NCBI GenBank assembly: GCA_963737265.1
Contig: CAVTRY010000021.1
Coordinates: 224,001-288,000, forward strand
Direction of reading: 5' to 3'
Length of the DNA: 64,000 bases
Origin: an uncultured delta proteobacterium
GTDB taxonomy: Bacteria; Myxococcota_A; Polyangia; Fen-1088
In this document: one piece after another, positions 44,941 to 55,191 of the stretch
Layout: each line of letters opens with the position of its first letter
How positions within the stretch are numbered: the stretch's first letter is position 1
Notes under the pieces: model-generated
What the model was told of the DNA's origin: nothing
The model's database searches: none
The model's input: the letters and a program-made list of their open reading frames with translations, nothing else
Position numbers and translations under genes: made by a program

Positions 44941-46569
44941 ATGCCTTCCGCTCTTGGCCTCTCGATTCACTTCCTCGATCCGGTATTCCACGGCCGACGG
45001 GATGGCGGTGAGCCGGAGTGGCCGCCCTCTCCCCTTCGCGCGCTGCAATCGCTGATTTCCGCCGCCGCGGCGAGGCGGAGCGACGTTCGACTCCCCAAGG
45101 GCACCGAGTCGGCCTTGCTGTGGCTTGAACGTCAATCGGCGCCAATGCTCATTGCCCCCGCAGGAATGACAGGCACCGGATATCGCCTTTCCGTCCCCAA
45201 CAACGCGATGGATGTCGTCGCAAGTGCCTGGACTCGCGGCAACAACTCCAACTCGGGCGACGCCAACCCAGCCACCCATCGCACCATGAAAGCTGTCATT
45301 CCGACGTGGATGCTGGATGGCGACACCGTCCGCTACCTTTGGGAGCTTCCCGAGCCCATCTCCGACGAGGTTCGCGCTCATGTCGACAGCCTCTGCACGG
45401 TCGCCCGCAGCATCGTCGCGCTTGGGTGGGGAATAGACATGGTCGTTGCCCATGGTGCAGTCATCTCCGAACAGGACGCCGCCGCCTTGCCCGGCGAACG
45501 ATGGTTGCCAGTCGACGAGGCCACGGCGAACACGCTCCGCGTTCCCAAAGAGGGGACGCTTGGGGATCTCGCAAGGCGACATGAGAGGTTCCTGAGCCGG
45601 CTGCACAACGACGACCGCGGACGAACCACGTTCGCCGCGCCTCCGCCGCTGACTGTGTTCGGTGTTGTCGGCTATCGCCGGGCTACCGACCCGCAGCCGC
45701 GGGCTGCAGCCGCCTTCGCATTGTTGAAGCTCGACGGAACGCGATTCCGACCGTTCGATGCCGCACGGCGGGCGCTTTCCGTGGCTGGCATGGTTCGGCA
45801 TGCGACAAAGGTAGCAGCCAAATCGTCTGGAAAGCCGGACTCCTGGATCGACACGTTTGTCCTTGGGCACGGTGAGATGATCGGGGCCTCTGAACACAAG
45901 GCAGTAGGTCCCGACCGTTTTGCCTACCTGCCGATGCCAAGCATTGAGCGCCGAGGTGGTGGCCATGCCTGCCACGTCGGCAGCGTACGGCGAGTGATGC
46001 TGACGTGCATGACGCCAGGACACCGGGATGAGATCGCCTGGGCGCGACGGTCTCTGTCCGGACAGGATCTCATCGATGAAAGGAAGGACGAGCCAACCGC
46101 GCTTCTCAGACTTCTGCCAAGCGGTGACGGGGTGCTTCAGCACTACCTCCATCCTGCTTCCACCTGGGCTACTGTCACCCCAGTCGTTCTCCCCGGCTTC
46201 GATGATCCCGAGCACTACCGGCGGCGACTCAAGAAGGGATCGAGCGTTGACGAGCAGCAACGACTGCTCGCCCGCCTTGCCGACAGGATCGAGGGGCTGC
46301 TCCGCAAAGCCATCGTCCAGGCCGGCCTTCCATCAACACTGGCCGACCACGCCACTCTCGAATGGCGGAAGGTGGGCTTCTGGCCGGGTACCGAGCGTGC
46401 CGACTGCTATGGCGTCCCCGACCACTTGAAGCGCTTTCCCCGTCTGCACGTGAAGGTCACCTGGCGAGACGCCGCTGGCAATCCCCTCGCCTTGCCTGGC
46501 CCGCTCTGCCTCGGCGGTGGTCGCTATTGCGGATTGGGGCTTTTCGCGGCCCTACCGAACGTCCGGTAG
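44941..46569 (+). CDS. csb2: Type I-G Csb2 (Cas5-Cas6 fusion)
   Basis: EWPPSPLRALQSL, LGWGID, WATVTP, GPLCLGGGRYCGLGLF Gly-rich loop. Confidence 0.93.
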   Translation: MPSALGLSIHFLDPVFHGRRDGGEPEWPPSPLRALQSLISAAAARRSDVRLPKGTESALLWLERQSAPMLIAPAGMTGTGYRLSVPNNAMDVVASAWTRGNNSNSGDANPATHRTMKAVIPTWMLDGDTVRYLWELPEPISDEVRAHVDSLCTVARSIVALGWGIDMVVAHGAVISEQDAAALPGERWLPVDEATANTLRVPKEGTLGDLARRHERFLSRLHNDDRGRTTFAAPPPLTVFGVVGYRRATDPQPRAAAAFALLKLDGTRFRPFDAARRALSVAGMVRHATKVAAKSSGKPDSWIDTFVLGHGEMIGASEHKAVGPDRFAYLPMPSIERRGGGHACHVGSVRRVMLTCMTPGHRDEIAWARRSLSGQDLIDERKDEPTALLRLLPSGDGVLQHYLHPASTWATVTPVVLPGFDDPEHYRRRLKKGSSVDEQQRLLARLADRIEGLLRKAIVQAGLPSTLADHATLEWRKVGFWPGTERADCYGVPDHLKRFPRLHVKVTWRDAAGNPLALPGPLCLGGGRYCGLGLFAALPNVR

Positions 46570-46825
46570 AAATCATCCTGCGCGTTGGCACGACAACGTC
46601 CAATACCCGAATTCTCATGGGCTCCACATCGCGCACGTGGCGCATCTCGCGCAAGCGTTCCCAGTATCCACCCGGCCAGGCCTTGCTCTGGATCGGTTCC
46701 AGAATGACCGCATCACCCTCCCGCCGAACCCGCACCTCATCACCAGGCAGGCGAAAATCTTTCGGCAGTATTACTGCCTGCGATCTTCCATTCTTGAACA
46801 GTCGTGTAGTGGCAACCGATCCCAT
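46570..46825 (-). pseudogene. vapB: VapB/VagC (AbrB-fold) antitoxin lacking own stop and lacking vapC
   Basis: TTRLFKNGRSQAVILPKDFRLPGDEVRVRREGDAVILEP; frame runs on into antisense of csb2. Confidence 0.75.
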
Positions 46826-46863
46826 GGCCTTGCCTTCCTGACAGCTACCGGCACACATTCCAC

Positions 46864-47920
46864 CTACCCCGCCAGCAACCCGCTCACCGCAAGGTCGTAG
46901 TCCGGCCTTGTCCCGTCCCACAATGGCAGGTTCGTGTCCGGCCCAAGGTCGAGTCCGCGGTCATCCGCCCACTCGGCGAGCCAGGTCAGGATGTCGCCAG
47001 CCCATTCGCGCGGAGGCTCCTTGTCCAACGACTTGCCGGCGGGCGACGTGAAGACGAACTCGCCGTCGGCGCCGCGCGCGACCGACCAGCCGCCCTCGTG
47101 AACCATGTGATGGTGGGCGGTACAGAGCATCACCAGGTTGTCGACGCTGGTTTCGCCACCGTGTAGCCAGTGCTGTATGTGGTGGCCATGCAGAAAGCGC
47201 GCGTGAGTGCAGCCTGGAAACGCGCAGCCCTGGTCGCGCAACATCAGGGCCCTGCGAATCGCGGGCGAAATCGTCCGGGTGCGACGGCCGATGTTCAGCG
47301 TCTCGCCGCTGCCGCTGGCCGCCACCACGCCGCAATCGCAGGCCACCCTTCGCAGCGTTTCCGCGGAAACGCGGGTGCCGTCTTCGAGGGTTCCAGCCGT
47401 CGAACCATCCGGACCAAGCACATTTTGATCCACGTGCACCACGACCTGGAAACGCTCGCCGCCGGTTCCGGTCACGGGCTTGCTGGTCAAGAAGGATTCG
47501 GCCATCGCCACGGCGCCGTCCGCACGTGACGGCCAGCCCGCTTCGTCCGACGTTTCCGCGGAAGAGTCTACATGGGAGCCCTCGAAGGGTTCCCATATCC
47601 TCCCGCGATGGTTCGCTGCCGGCAAAGCCGGCAGGCTCCCCACGCTCACATGCCCCTCCTTCTCGGCGTTCACCTCGCGCGCCCGGTCGATCGCGCGCAG
47701 GACCAAATCCGCCTCGTCGGGAGAAAGCACCAATTCCAGCTTCACCATTCCGCCCGGCAACAGTCGTTGGCGCACGGAACGGTCCTCGGGCGCTGGCGCC
47801 GCGTCCGCAGCCTGCGCGCTTCTATAGCCTCGGCAAATCCGTTCGAGCTGCGCGCCAGTCGCGTGCAATGCCAATTCCAGAAGGCGCGCTTCGTTCTCTG
47901 GCGTGGCCACGCGGGTCACT
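46864..47920 (-). pseudogene. DUF222-HNH endonuclease, 5'-truncated
   Basis: TRVATPENEARLL, RRVACD, RDQGCAFPGC, HHIQHW..GG.T..DNLVMLCTAHHHMVH; N-terminal DUF222 part absent. Confidence 0.8.
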
Positions 47921-47998
47921 CGACGGAGAACATGCCGAAGACTATACATCCGTTCAGTTTCCGCGGCAATTGGAATTTCTTCAATTGCGTCCGATTCA

Positions 47999-48031
47999 TT
48001 GTCCTTACCTGACAATGCCTTTCCGTACCCT
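47999..48031 (+). promoter_or_regulatory. Putative WYL-activated promoter of cas4-cas1/cas2, possibly leaderless
   Basis: TTGTCC-ttacc-TGACAA-tgcctttccg-TACCCT, ending 6 nt before ATG 48038; includes the CATTGTC/GACAATG palindrome. Confidence 0.6.
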
Positions 48032-48037
48032 GGTGGC

Positions 48038-49747
48038 ATGGAAGAAAATGCCACGCCCGCCCAGCCCGTCGATGTGCCCGAATTGATCCCGGCGCGGATG
48101 CTCAACGAGTTCGCGTATTGCCCACGCCTCGTCTACTTGGAATGGGTGCAGGGCGATTTCGCGGACAGTGCCGACACGGTCGATGGCCGGCACCAGCATC
48201 GTCGCGTCGACAAGGAATCCGGAAATCTGCCGCCCGCGGATCGCATGCCGGAAGAGCACGACATCCTGCACGCCCGTTCGCTCTATCTCTCGGCGCCACG
48301 GATAGGGCTGGTCGCGCGCATCGATCTTGTCGAGGCCCAGGACGGCAAGGTGACCCCCATCGACTACAAGCGTGGGGAGGCCCCCGATGTTGCCGAGGGT
48401 GCGTGGGAGCCCGAGCGTGTGCAGGTGTGCGCGCAGGGACTGATTCTGGAAGAGAACGGATACGCCTGCGAGGGCGGCGTGATCTACTTCGTGGCCTCGC
48501 ACAAGCGTGTCGCGATTCCCTTCACCAATGAACTGCGGACACGCACATTGTACCTGCTTGCCGAAATGCGCGCGGCCATGGCCGCAAACGAGATTCCACC
48601 ACCGCTCGACGACAGCCCCAAGTGCCCGCGATGCTCCCTGTGCGGAATTTGCCTGCCTGACGAGATCAATCTATTGCGTCTTGCCGATGCCAACAAGTCG
48701 ACGCCGCCCGAACCACGGCGGCTCGTCGCCGCGCGCGACGATGCCTTGCCGCTCTACGTGCAGGCGTCCGGTGCGCGTGTGGGCAAGAGCGGCGAGGAGT
48801 TTGTCGTCACCCCACGCGAGGGGGAGAAGCAGACGGCGCGCATCGGGCAGACATCGCAGGTCGCCCTGCTCGGCCAGGTGCAGATGAGCACCCAGGCCAT
48901 CGAGGCAGCCCTCGGCCGCGGCATCCCGGTCTGCTATTTCTCGTTCGGGGGGTGGTTCTACGGGATGACCACCGGGCTTTGGCACAAGAACGTGGAACTG
49001 CGCCGCTTGCAGTTCCGCGCCGCGGAGTCGCCTGTAACCAGCTTGGCGCTGGCGCGGGCATTCGTCGCGACCAAGATCCGCAACTGTCGCACGTTCCTAC
49101 GCCGCAACGCCGACGACGTCCCCGTCCAGGCCATCGACATGCTTCGCCGTCTGGCCGAGGACACCGAGCAATGTGCCTGCGCCGAATCGCTGCTGGGCAT
49201 CGAAGGCACCGCGGCTCGCGTCTATTTCGAGAACTTCCCGCGCCTGCTCAAGCGCCCGGACAGCGATGGCAACCTGGCTTTCGATTTCACCGGCCGCAAC
49301 CGCCGGCCGCCTCGCGATCCGCTGAATGCCTTGCTGTCCTTGGCCTATTCGCTGCTCGCCAAGGACTTCACTGTCACCCTGCAGTCGGTGGGATTCGACC
49401 CGTTCATGGGCTTCTACCATCGGCCGCGCTACGGCCGGCCGGCGCTGGCGCTGGACCTGATGGAAGAATTCAGGCCGCTGGTCGCCGACTCGGTGGTCCT
49501 TGGAGCCGTCAACACCGGCATCGTCCAGCGCGGCGACTTCGTTGGCCGCGCTGGTGCGGTTTCGTTGTCCGACAGCGGGCGCGGCCGTTTCCTGCATGCC
49601 TACGAGCGCCGCATGGACGAGTTGGTCACGCACCCGGTTTTCGGCTACCGCATTAGTTACCGGCGCGTGCTCGAAGTGCAGGCAAGGCTGCTGGCCCGAT
49701 TCCTGGGCGGTGAGATTCCCGAGTACCCGGGCTTCCAGACGAGGTAG
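48038..49747 (+). CDS. cas1: Cas4-Cas1 fusion
   Basis: Cas4: YCPR, RIDLVE, DYKRG, CPRCSLCGICLP; Cas1: GIEGTAARVYF, NALLSLAY, GFYH, DLMEEFR. Confidence 0.97.
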   Translation: MEENATPAQPVDVPELIPARMLNEFAYCPRLVYLEWVQGDFADSADTVDGRHQHRRVDKESGNLPPADRMPEEHDILHARSLYLSAPRIGLVARIDLVEAQDGKVTPIDYKRGEAPDVAEGAWEPERVQVCAQGLILEENGYACEGGVIYFVASHKRVAIPFTNELRTRTLYLLAEMRAAMAANEIPPPLDDSPKCPRCSLCGICLPDEINLLRLADANKSTPPEPRRLVAARDDALPLYVQASGARVGKSGEEFVVTPREGEKQTARIGQTSQVALLGQVQMSTQAIEAALGRGIPVCYFSFGGWFYGMTTGLWHKNVELRRLQFRAAESPVTSLALARAFVATKIRNCRTFLRRNADDVPVQAIDMLRRLAEDTEQCACAESLLGIEGTAARVYFENFPRLLKRPDSDGNLAFDFTGRNRRPPRDPLNALLSLAYSLLAKDFTVTLQSVGFDPFMGFYHRPRYGRPALALDLMEEFRPLVADSVVLGAVNTGIVQRGDFVGRAGAVSLSDSGRGRFLHAYERRMDELVTHPVFGYRISYRRVLEVQARLLARFLGGEIPEYPGFQTR

Positions 49748-49751
49748 AATC

Positions 49752-50042
49752 GTGCGCAATGTGTTCCTCGTGTGCTACGACGTGTGCGACGACAAGCGTC
49801 TAAAGAGGGTTTACAAAGCGATGCGCGGCTTCGGCGACCACCTACAGTTCTCGGTCTTTCGCTGCGAGCTTTCCGCCCGCGAGCGCGCCGAGATGATCGC
49901 CGAGCTTTCTCCGCTCATCGCCCACGATGAGGACCAAGTGCTGATCATCGACATCGGCCCGGCCGACGGCCGTGCCAGCCTGGTGTTCCAAGCGCTCGGA
50001 AAGCCCTACGTCGCGCCAGAGCGCCACGCAGTCATCGTGTGA
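49752..50042 (+). CDS. cas2: Cas2
   Basis: FLVCYDVCDDKRL...GDHLQFSVFRC; 96 aa from GTG. Confidence 0.95.
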   Translation: MRNVFLVCYDVCDDKRLKRVYKAMRGFGDHLQFSVFRCELSARERAEMIAELSPLIAHDEDQVLIIDIGPADGRASLVFQALGKPYVAPERHAVIV

Positions 50043-50282
50043 CCCGTGATCTCTGACAACCGAAGAATCCCCATGGTTTCGCCCTCGCGAGCGCCGTCGC
50101 GACGCGATTTGCTTCCGTGCCGCTCGCACGCCGACGCCGTCGATAACATAGCGAAATCCGGGCGAAAAGGAGACCACCCTCCATCGGATAGTTCTTCGTT
50201 CACGGTTTCTTGCCGTGTCACGTGGATTCGCTCGCAAACGGCCTCGCAAGTCCCTTCACCCACAGCAGAATTCGCAGGAGCC
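50043..50282 (+). promoter_or_regulatory. CRISPR leader
   Basis: Non-coding 240 bp between cas2 and first repeat. Confidence 0.75.
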
Positions 50283-53200
50283 ATTTCCGCCGTCCTCGGA
50301 CGGCGGCCCCATTGAAGCGGAGGTTACCGCGGTGGGGCTCACAGCCTCATCCATGGGATTTCCGCCGTCCTCGGACGGCGGCCCCATTGAAGCCCTGACC
50401 ACGCACGCGGTTCTCTCCTCGTACGCGCATTTCCGCCGTCCTCGGACGGCGGCCCCATTGAAGCTCATGGCCACGCTCGCAGCTGGGACGAAAACCGAAT
50501 TTCCGCCGTCCTCGGACGGCGGCCCCATTGAAGCTTGCCGGCCAGCAGGCCATCGGCGCCGGCCGGGTTATTTCCGCCGTCCTCGGACGGCGGCCCCATT
50601 GAAGCTCGTTGCTCACCCACGCGGTGAACTTCTTCAGTAGGTCATTTCCGCCGTCCTCGGACGGCGGCCCCATTGAAGCGGCTATAACGAGTCGAGCGAC
50701 AACTCGCACTGGGATATTTCCGCCGTCCTCGGACGGCGGCCCCATTGAAGCGATGAGCGTCGTGAAGAAGAACGGCCCGGTGCCGAAATTTCCGCCGTCC
50801 TCGGACGGCGGCCCCATTGAAGCGTAGATGTCGCCGAGCCCGATCATGACGCCCCTCCATATTTCCGCCGTCCTCGGACGGCGGCCCCATTGAAGCAAGC
50901 CGGCGGATGACCGGAGAAAGTCTCAGAAGCTGGCATTTCCGCCGTCCTCGGACGGCGGCCCCATTGAAGCGACATGACCCGAGCTGTCCTTGACCGCGAT
51001 GCCAAGCTATTTCCGCCGTCCTCGGACGGCGGCCCCATTGAAGCGGTTGACCACGTTCAGGGCCTGGACCGCCTCCGGCCATTTCCGCCGTCCTCGGACG
51101 GCGGCCCCATTGAAGCCAGCTAGCCGTCCACACAGGACTGACCTACTCGTGGCTATTTCCGCCGTCCTCGGACGGCGGCCCCATTGAAGCTTGACCGCTT
51201 GAACTTGTGGAACAAGTCGGTGCAGGATTTCCGCCGTCCTCGGACGGCGGCCCCATTGAAGCCCGCTGGTCTGCTGGTTTTGCCGTCGCGAGATTCGATT
51301 TCCGCCGTCCTCGGACGGCGGCCCCATTGAAGCGCCATGACGTTGCAGATGTGTATTTGACACTCGTCATTTCCGCCGTCCTCGGACGGCGGCCCCATTG
51401 AAGCGTGAAGTCGACAACTTCATTAGGCGAGGACGAACGCGATTTCCCCCGTCCTCGGACGGCGGCCCCATTGAAGCGGCGGGTCACTTGACGGCGTGGC
51501 CGATGCAGTCCCGATTTCCGCCGTCCTCGGACGGCGGCCCCATTGAAGCTTGCGCCTCTCGCGTGCCGCCAGTTACACCAACAAGGATTTCCGCCGTCCT
51601 CGGACGGCGGCCCCATTGAAGCCGCTCCGCCTGCTCCGCTTGGCGCACAAGCGTATCGATTTCCGCCGTCCTCGGACGGCGGCCCCATTGAAGCGCATGA
51701 CGTGGAATTCGCAGAGGCGCTGCTGGCTGAATTTCCGCCGTCCTCGGACGGCGGCCCCATTGAAGCAGCACGTCGTTAGATCGCGCGCCGACAAAAGACG
51801 AGATTTCCGCCGTCCTCGGACGGCGGCCCCATTGAAGCGTCTCGTGGTTTGGTGCCTACGCATCGGGCTCCGCAATTTCCGCCGTCCTCGGACGGCGGCC
51901 CCATTGAAGCCTGGCACGGGGAACGGAGCCGTTTCAGGTTCTCCGGATTTCCGCCGTCCTCGGACGGCGGCCCCATTGAAGCCACATCTGCAAGCGAGCA
52001 TGATCGCGGTTCTTTCTGCATTTCCGCCGTCCTCGGACGGCGGCCCCATTGAAGCCGCACCTGATAGCGCTCGTCCGTTACCGTCGGGCAACATTTCCGC
52101 CGTCCTCGGACGGCGGCCCCATTGAAGCATTTCTCACTAATCTATTCTTGCCAGTGAGAATAGGATTTCCGCCGTCCTCGGACGGCGGCCCCATTGAAGC
52201 GCGGCATCGGCGCCAGCGGCGGCAAGGCGAGCGAGGCATTTCCGCCGTCCTCGGACGGCGGCCCCATTGAAGCTTTGTGATCCAGTCTACAGTGCTACTC
52301 CACCATCCCATATTTCCGCCGTCCTCGGACGGCGGCCCCATTGAAGCGTCGCGCCCCCACCGCCGCATGCCCGCGCAAGCTCCCCGATTTCCGCCGTCCT
52401 CGGACGGCGGCCCCATTGAAGCCGTTGCACGAACACACTAACGCCGCCCGGTTGAGAAATTTCCGCCGTCCTCGGACGGCGGCCCCATTGAAGCTGCGCG
52501 CTCGCGATTTCGGTGTCGCGCAGCTGGTTGATTTCCGCCGTCCTCGGACGGCGGCCCCATTGAAGCATTGTTTCGTCGCTGGTGGCGGACGGTCTGCTGC
52601 ACAATTTCCGCCGTCCTCGGACGGCGGCCCCATTGAAGCTCTCCAGGAACGGCCATTATGGTGCCCTCCGTGCGTATTTCCGCCGTCCTCGGACGGCGGC
52701 CCCATTGAAGCGTGCCGTCGATTTTCTCGGTAATCACGCACTGGCGCGATTTCCGCCGTCCTCGGACGGCGGCCCCATTGAAGCTGATCGCACTGGCGGT
52801 CGAGGCAACGGCGCCTGTAATCATTTCCGCCGTCCTCGGACGGCGGCCCCATTGAAGCCGCAGAGCCGCAGCCCGCATCGCTGGTGCGGCGCCGCCATTT
52901 CCGCCGTCCTCGGACGGCGGCCCCATTGAAGCTTACTCGTTTCTCTCGTGCGAGGTCGGGAAGCCCGGATTTCCGCCGTCCTCGGACGGCGGCCCCATTG
53001 AAGCTGCCGTTGCGAGCGCCCGGTCAGCGTCTCGTTCCCGCATTTCCGCCGTCCTCGGACGGCGGCCCCATTGAAGCGAGTCCTTAATCCAGGCGGTGAA
53101 CCGCGACAGCAGCCGATTTCCGCCGTCCTCGGACGGCGGCCCCATTGAAGCTCGTAGTTGAACATCACCGACGCCGCCTCCACTATGGATTTCCGCCGTC

Positions 53201-55191
53201 CTCGGACGGCGGCCCCATTGAAGCTGGACGAGACGCAGCTTGCGCTGCAACAAAGGCTTCCATTTCCGCCGTCCTCGGACGGCGGCCCCATTGAAGCGGA
53301 TACGTCGTACGCGAACCAACTCCTCGTGGCGGAGATTTCCGCCGTCCTCGGACGGCGGCCCCATTGAAGCGAATTTTCTCCCTTTCGAGGTTGCCAATTA
53401 GAGCGGTATTTCCGCCGTCCTCGGACGGCGGCCCCATTGAAGCGAGGTCACGGGCGCTTGGCTGTCGTACGGGACAACTATTTCCGCCGTCCTCGGACGG
53501 CGGCCCCATTGAAGCTAGGGCAGGTTCTTGGCGGCCTCGTGCGTTCGCAAATTTCCGCCGTCCTCGGACGGCGGCCCCATTGAAGCTTCAAGACGGTCGC
53601 GCATGTCCGGACGCCTGGCTATAGATTTCCGCCGTCCTCGGACGGCGGCCCCATTGAAGCGCAGGCAACCTTGCTGCTGCCCGGCCGGCGGTGGCTATTT
53701 CCGCCGTCCTCGGACGGCGGCCCCATTGAAGCCAACTGACCCAGGCGCAGGCACATCGAATCAAAGCGCTCATTTCCGCCGTCCTCGGACGGCGGCCCCA
53801 TTGAAGCTGCTCGACCGACATCAGCCCAGGCATCGATCAGAAATTTCCGCCGTCCTCGGACGGCGGCCCCATTGAAGCATCCGGATGAGCGCGCCGCCGT
53901 GCTCTTCCGCGGCGATTTCCGCCGTCCTCGGACGGCGGCCCCATTGAAGCTGCACAGGCTGCTCGGACGCTTGGTGTCCAAATGGAATTTCCGCCGTCCT
54001 CGGACGGCGGCCCCATTGAAGCGCGGATATCGTCTGCGTGCTCGATGCGTTCTCGAAATTTCCGCCGTCCTCGGACGGCGGCCCCATTGAAGCATCCGAT
54101 TAGTAGCGGAGCGATTTCGACCACCGCTCCGGATTTCCGCCGTCCTCGGACGGCGGCCCCATTGAAGCTGCCTACGCATCGGGCTCCGCATTGTCGACAG
54201 TTCCATTTCCGCCGTCCTCGGACGGCGGCCCCATTGAAGCCCCAGCCGCCGCATTGCCAAACGGCTGGACGATTCGTTCGATTTCCGCCGTCCTCGGACG
54301 GCGGCCCCATTGAAGCCCGATGACGATTGCCCCCTCGATGGCACTGGGCAGGTTATTTCCGCCGTCCTCGGACGGCGGCCCCATTGAAGCACGAGGCGCG
54401 GGAGGACGCTGCTCAACGATTCGAGCGTATTTCCGCCGTCCTCGGACAGCGGCCCCATTGAAGCGCCGCATGCTTCGCATAGATGACATCCTGCCTGGCC
54501 TTATTTCCGCCGTCCTCGGACGGCGGCCCCATTGAAGCCGTCGTGGATCAACTGCGCGCCCCGCCGGTACGCCGATTTCCGCCGTCCTCGGACGGCGGCC
54601 CCATTGAAGCTCGGATGTCACGCTATTGGCTGCGAGCGCCGGCACGGGGCGATTTCCGCCGTCCTCGGACGGCGGCCCCATTGAAGCCAGTCGGAGCGGG
54701 GCGGGCGATTGGTAGATGGGTTGATTTCCGCCGTCCTCGGACGGCGGCCCCATTGAAGCAGGCAACTGCGGAGAACTCGCCCGCATTCAGAACGAGCAAT
54801 TTCCGCCGTCCTCGGACGGCGGCCCCATTGAAGCAACCGGACGCCCTGCGCGCCGGATACGATCTCGATGATTTCCGCCGTCCTCGGACGGCGGCCCCAT
54901 TGAAGCGGGGCATGGCAGAGCATCGCCAACGAGGATTCGTCATTTCCGCCGTCCTCGGACGGCGGCCCCATTGAAGCTTGGCCACGCCTACCGTCCAGTT
55001 CGCGTGGTGCACCAATTTCCGCCGTCCTCGGACGGCGGCCCCATTGAAGCGAGAGGAAATCCCGATTGCGCTCGCGATTCAGCAAATTTCCGCCGTCCTC
55101 GGACGGCGGCCCCATTGAAGCGGGCCAGTAACGCATGTCTACGGAGAGATCAACTTCGATTTCCGCCGTCCTCGGACGGCGGCCCCATTGA

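Noticed and set aside
44876-45055. C-terminal extension of the 215-aa cas7 ORF as a novel Cas7 domain
   Set aside because: Out-of-frame read-through after the deletion junction, overlapping csb2.
47903-48105. Overlapping N-terminal extensions of cas4-cas1 and the HNH ORF
   Set aside because: Open frames through the promoter region; homology starts near 48038 and 47920 respectively.
50040-50080. TGACAA at the start of the CRISPR leader as a third WYL-type promoter
   Set aside because: Spacing to the -10-like CATGGT is 12 rather than 10 and the upstream TTGWCC-N5 element is absent.
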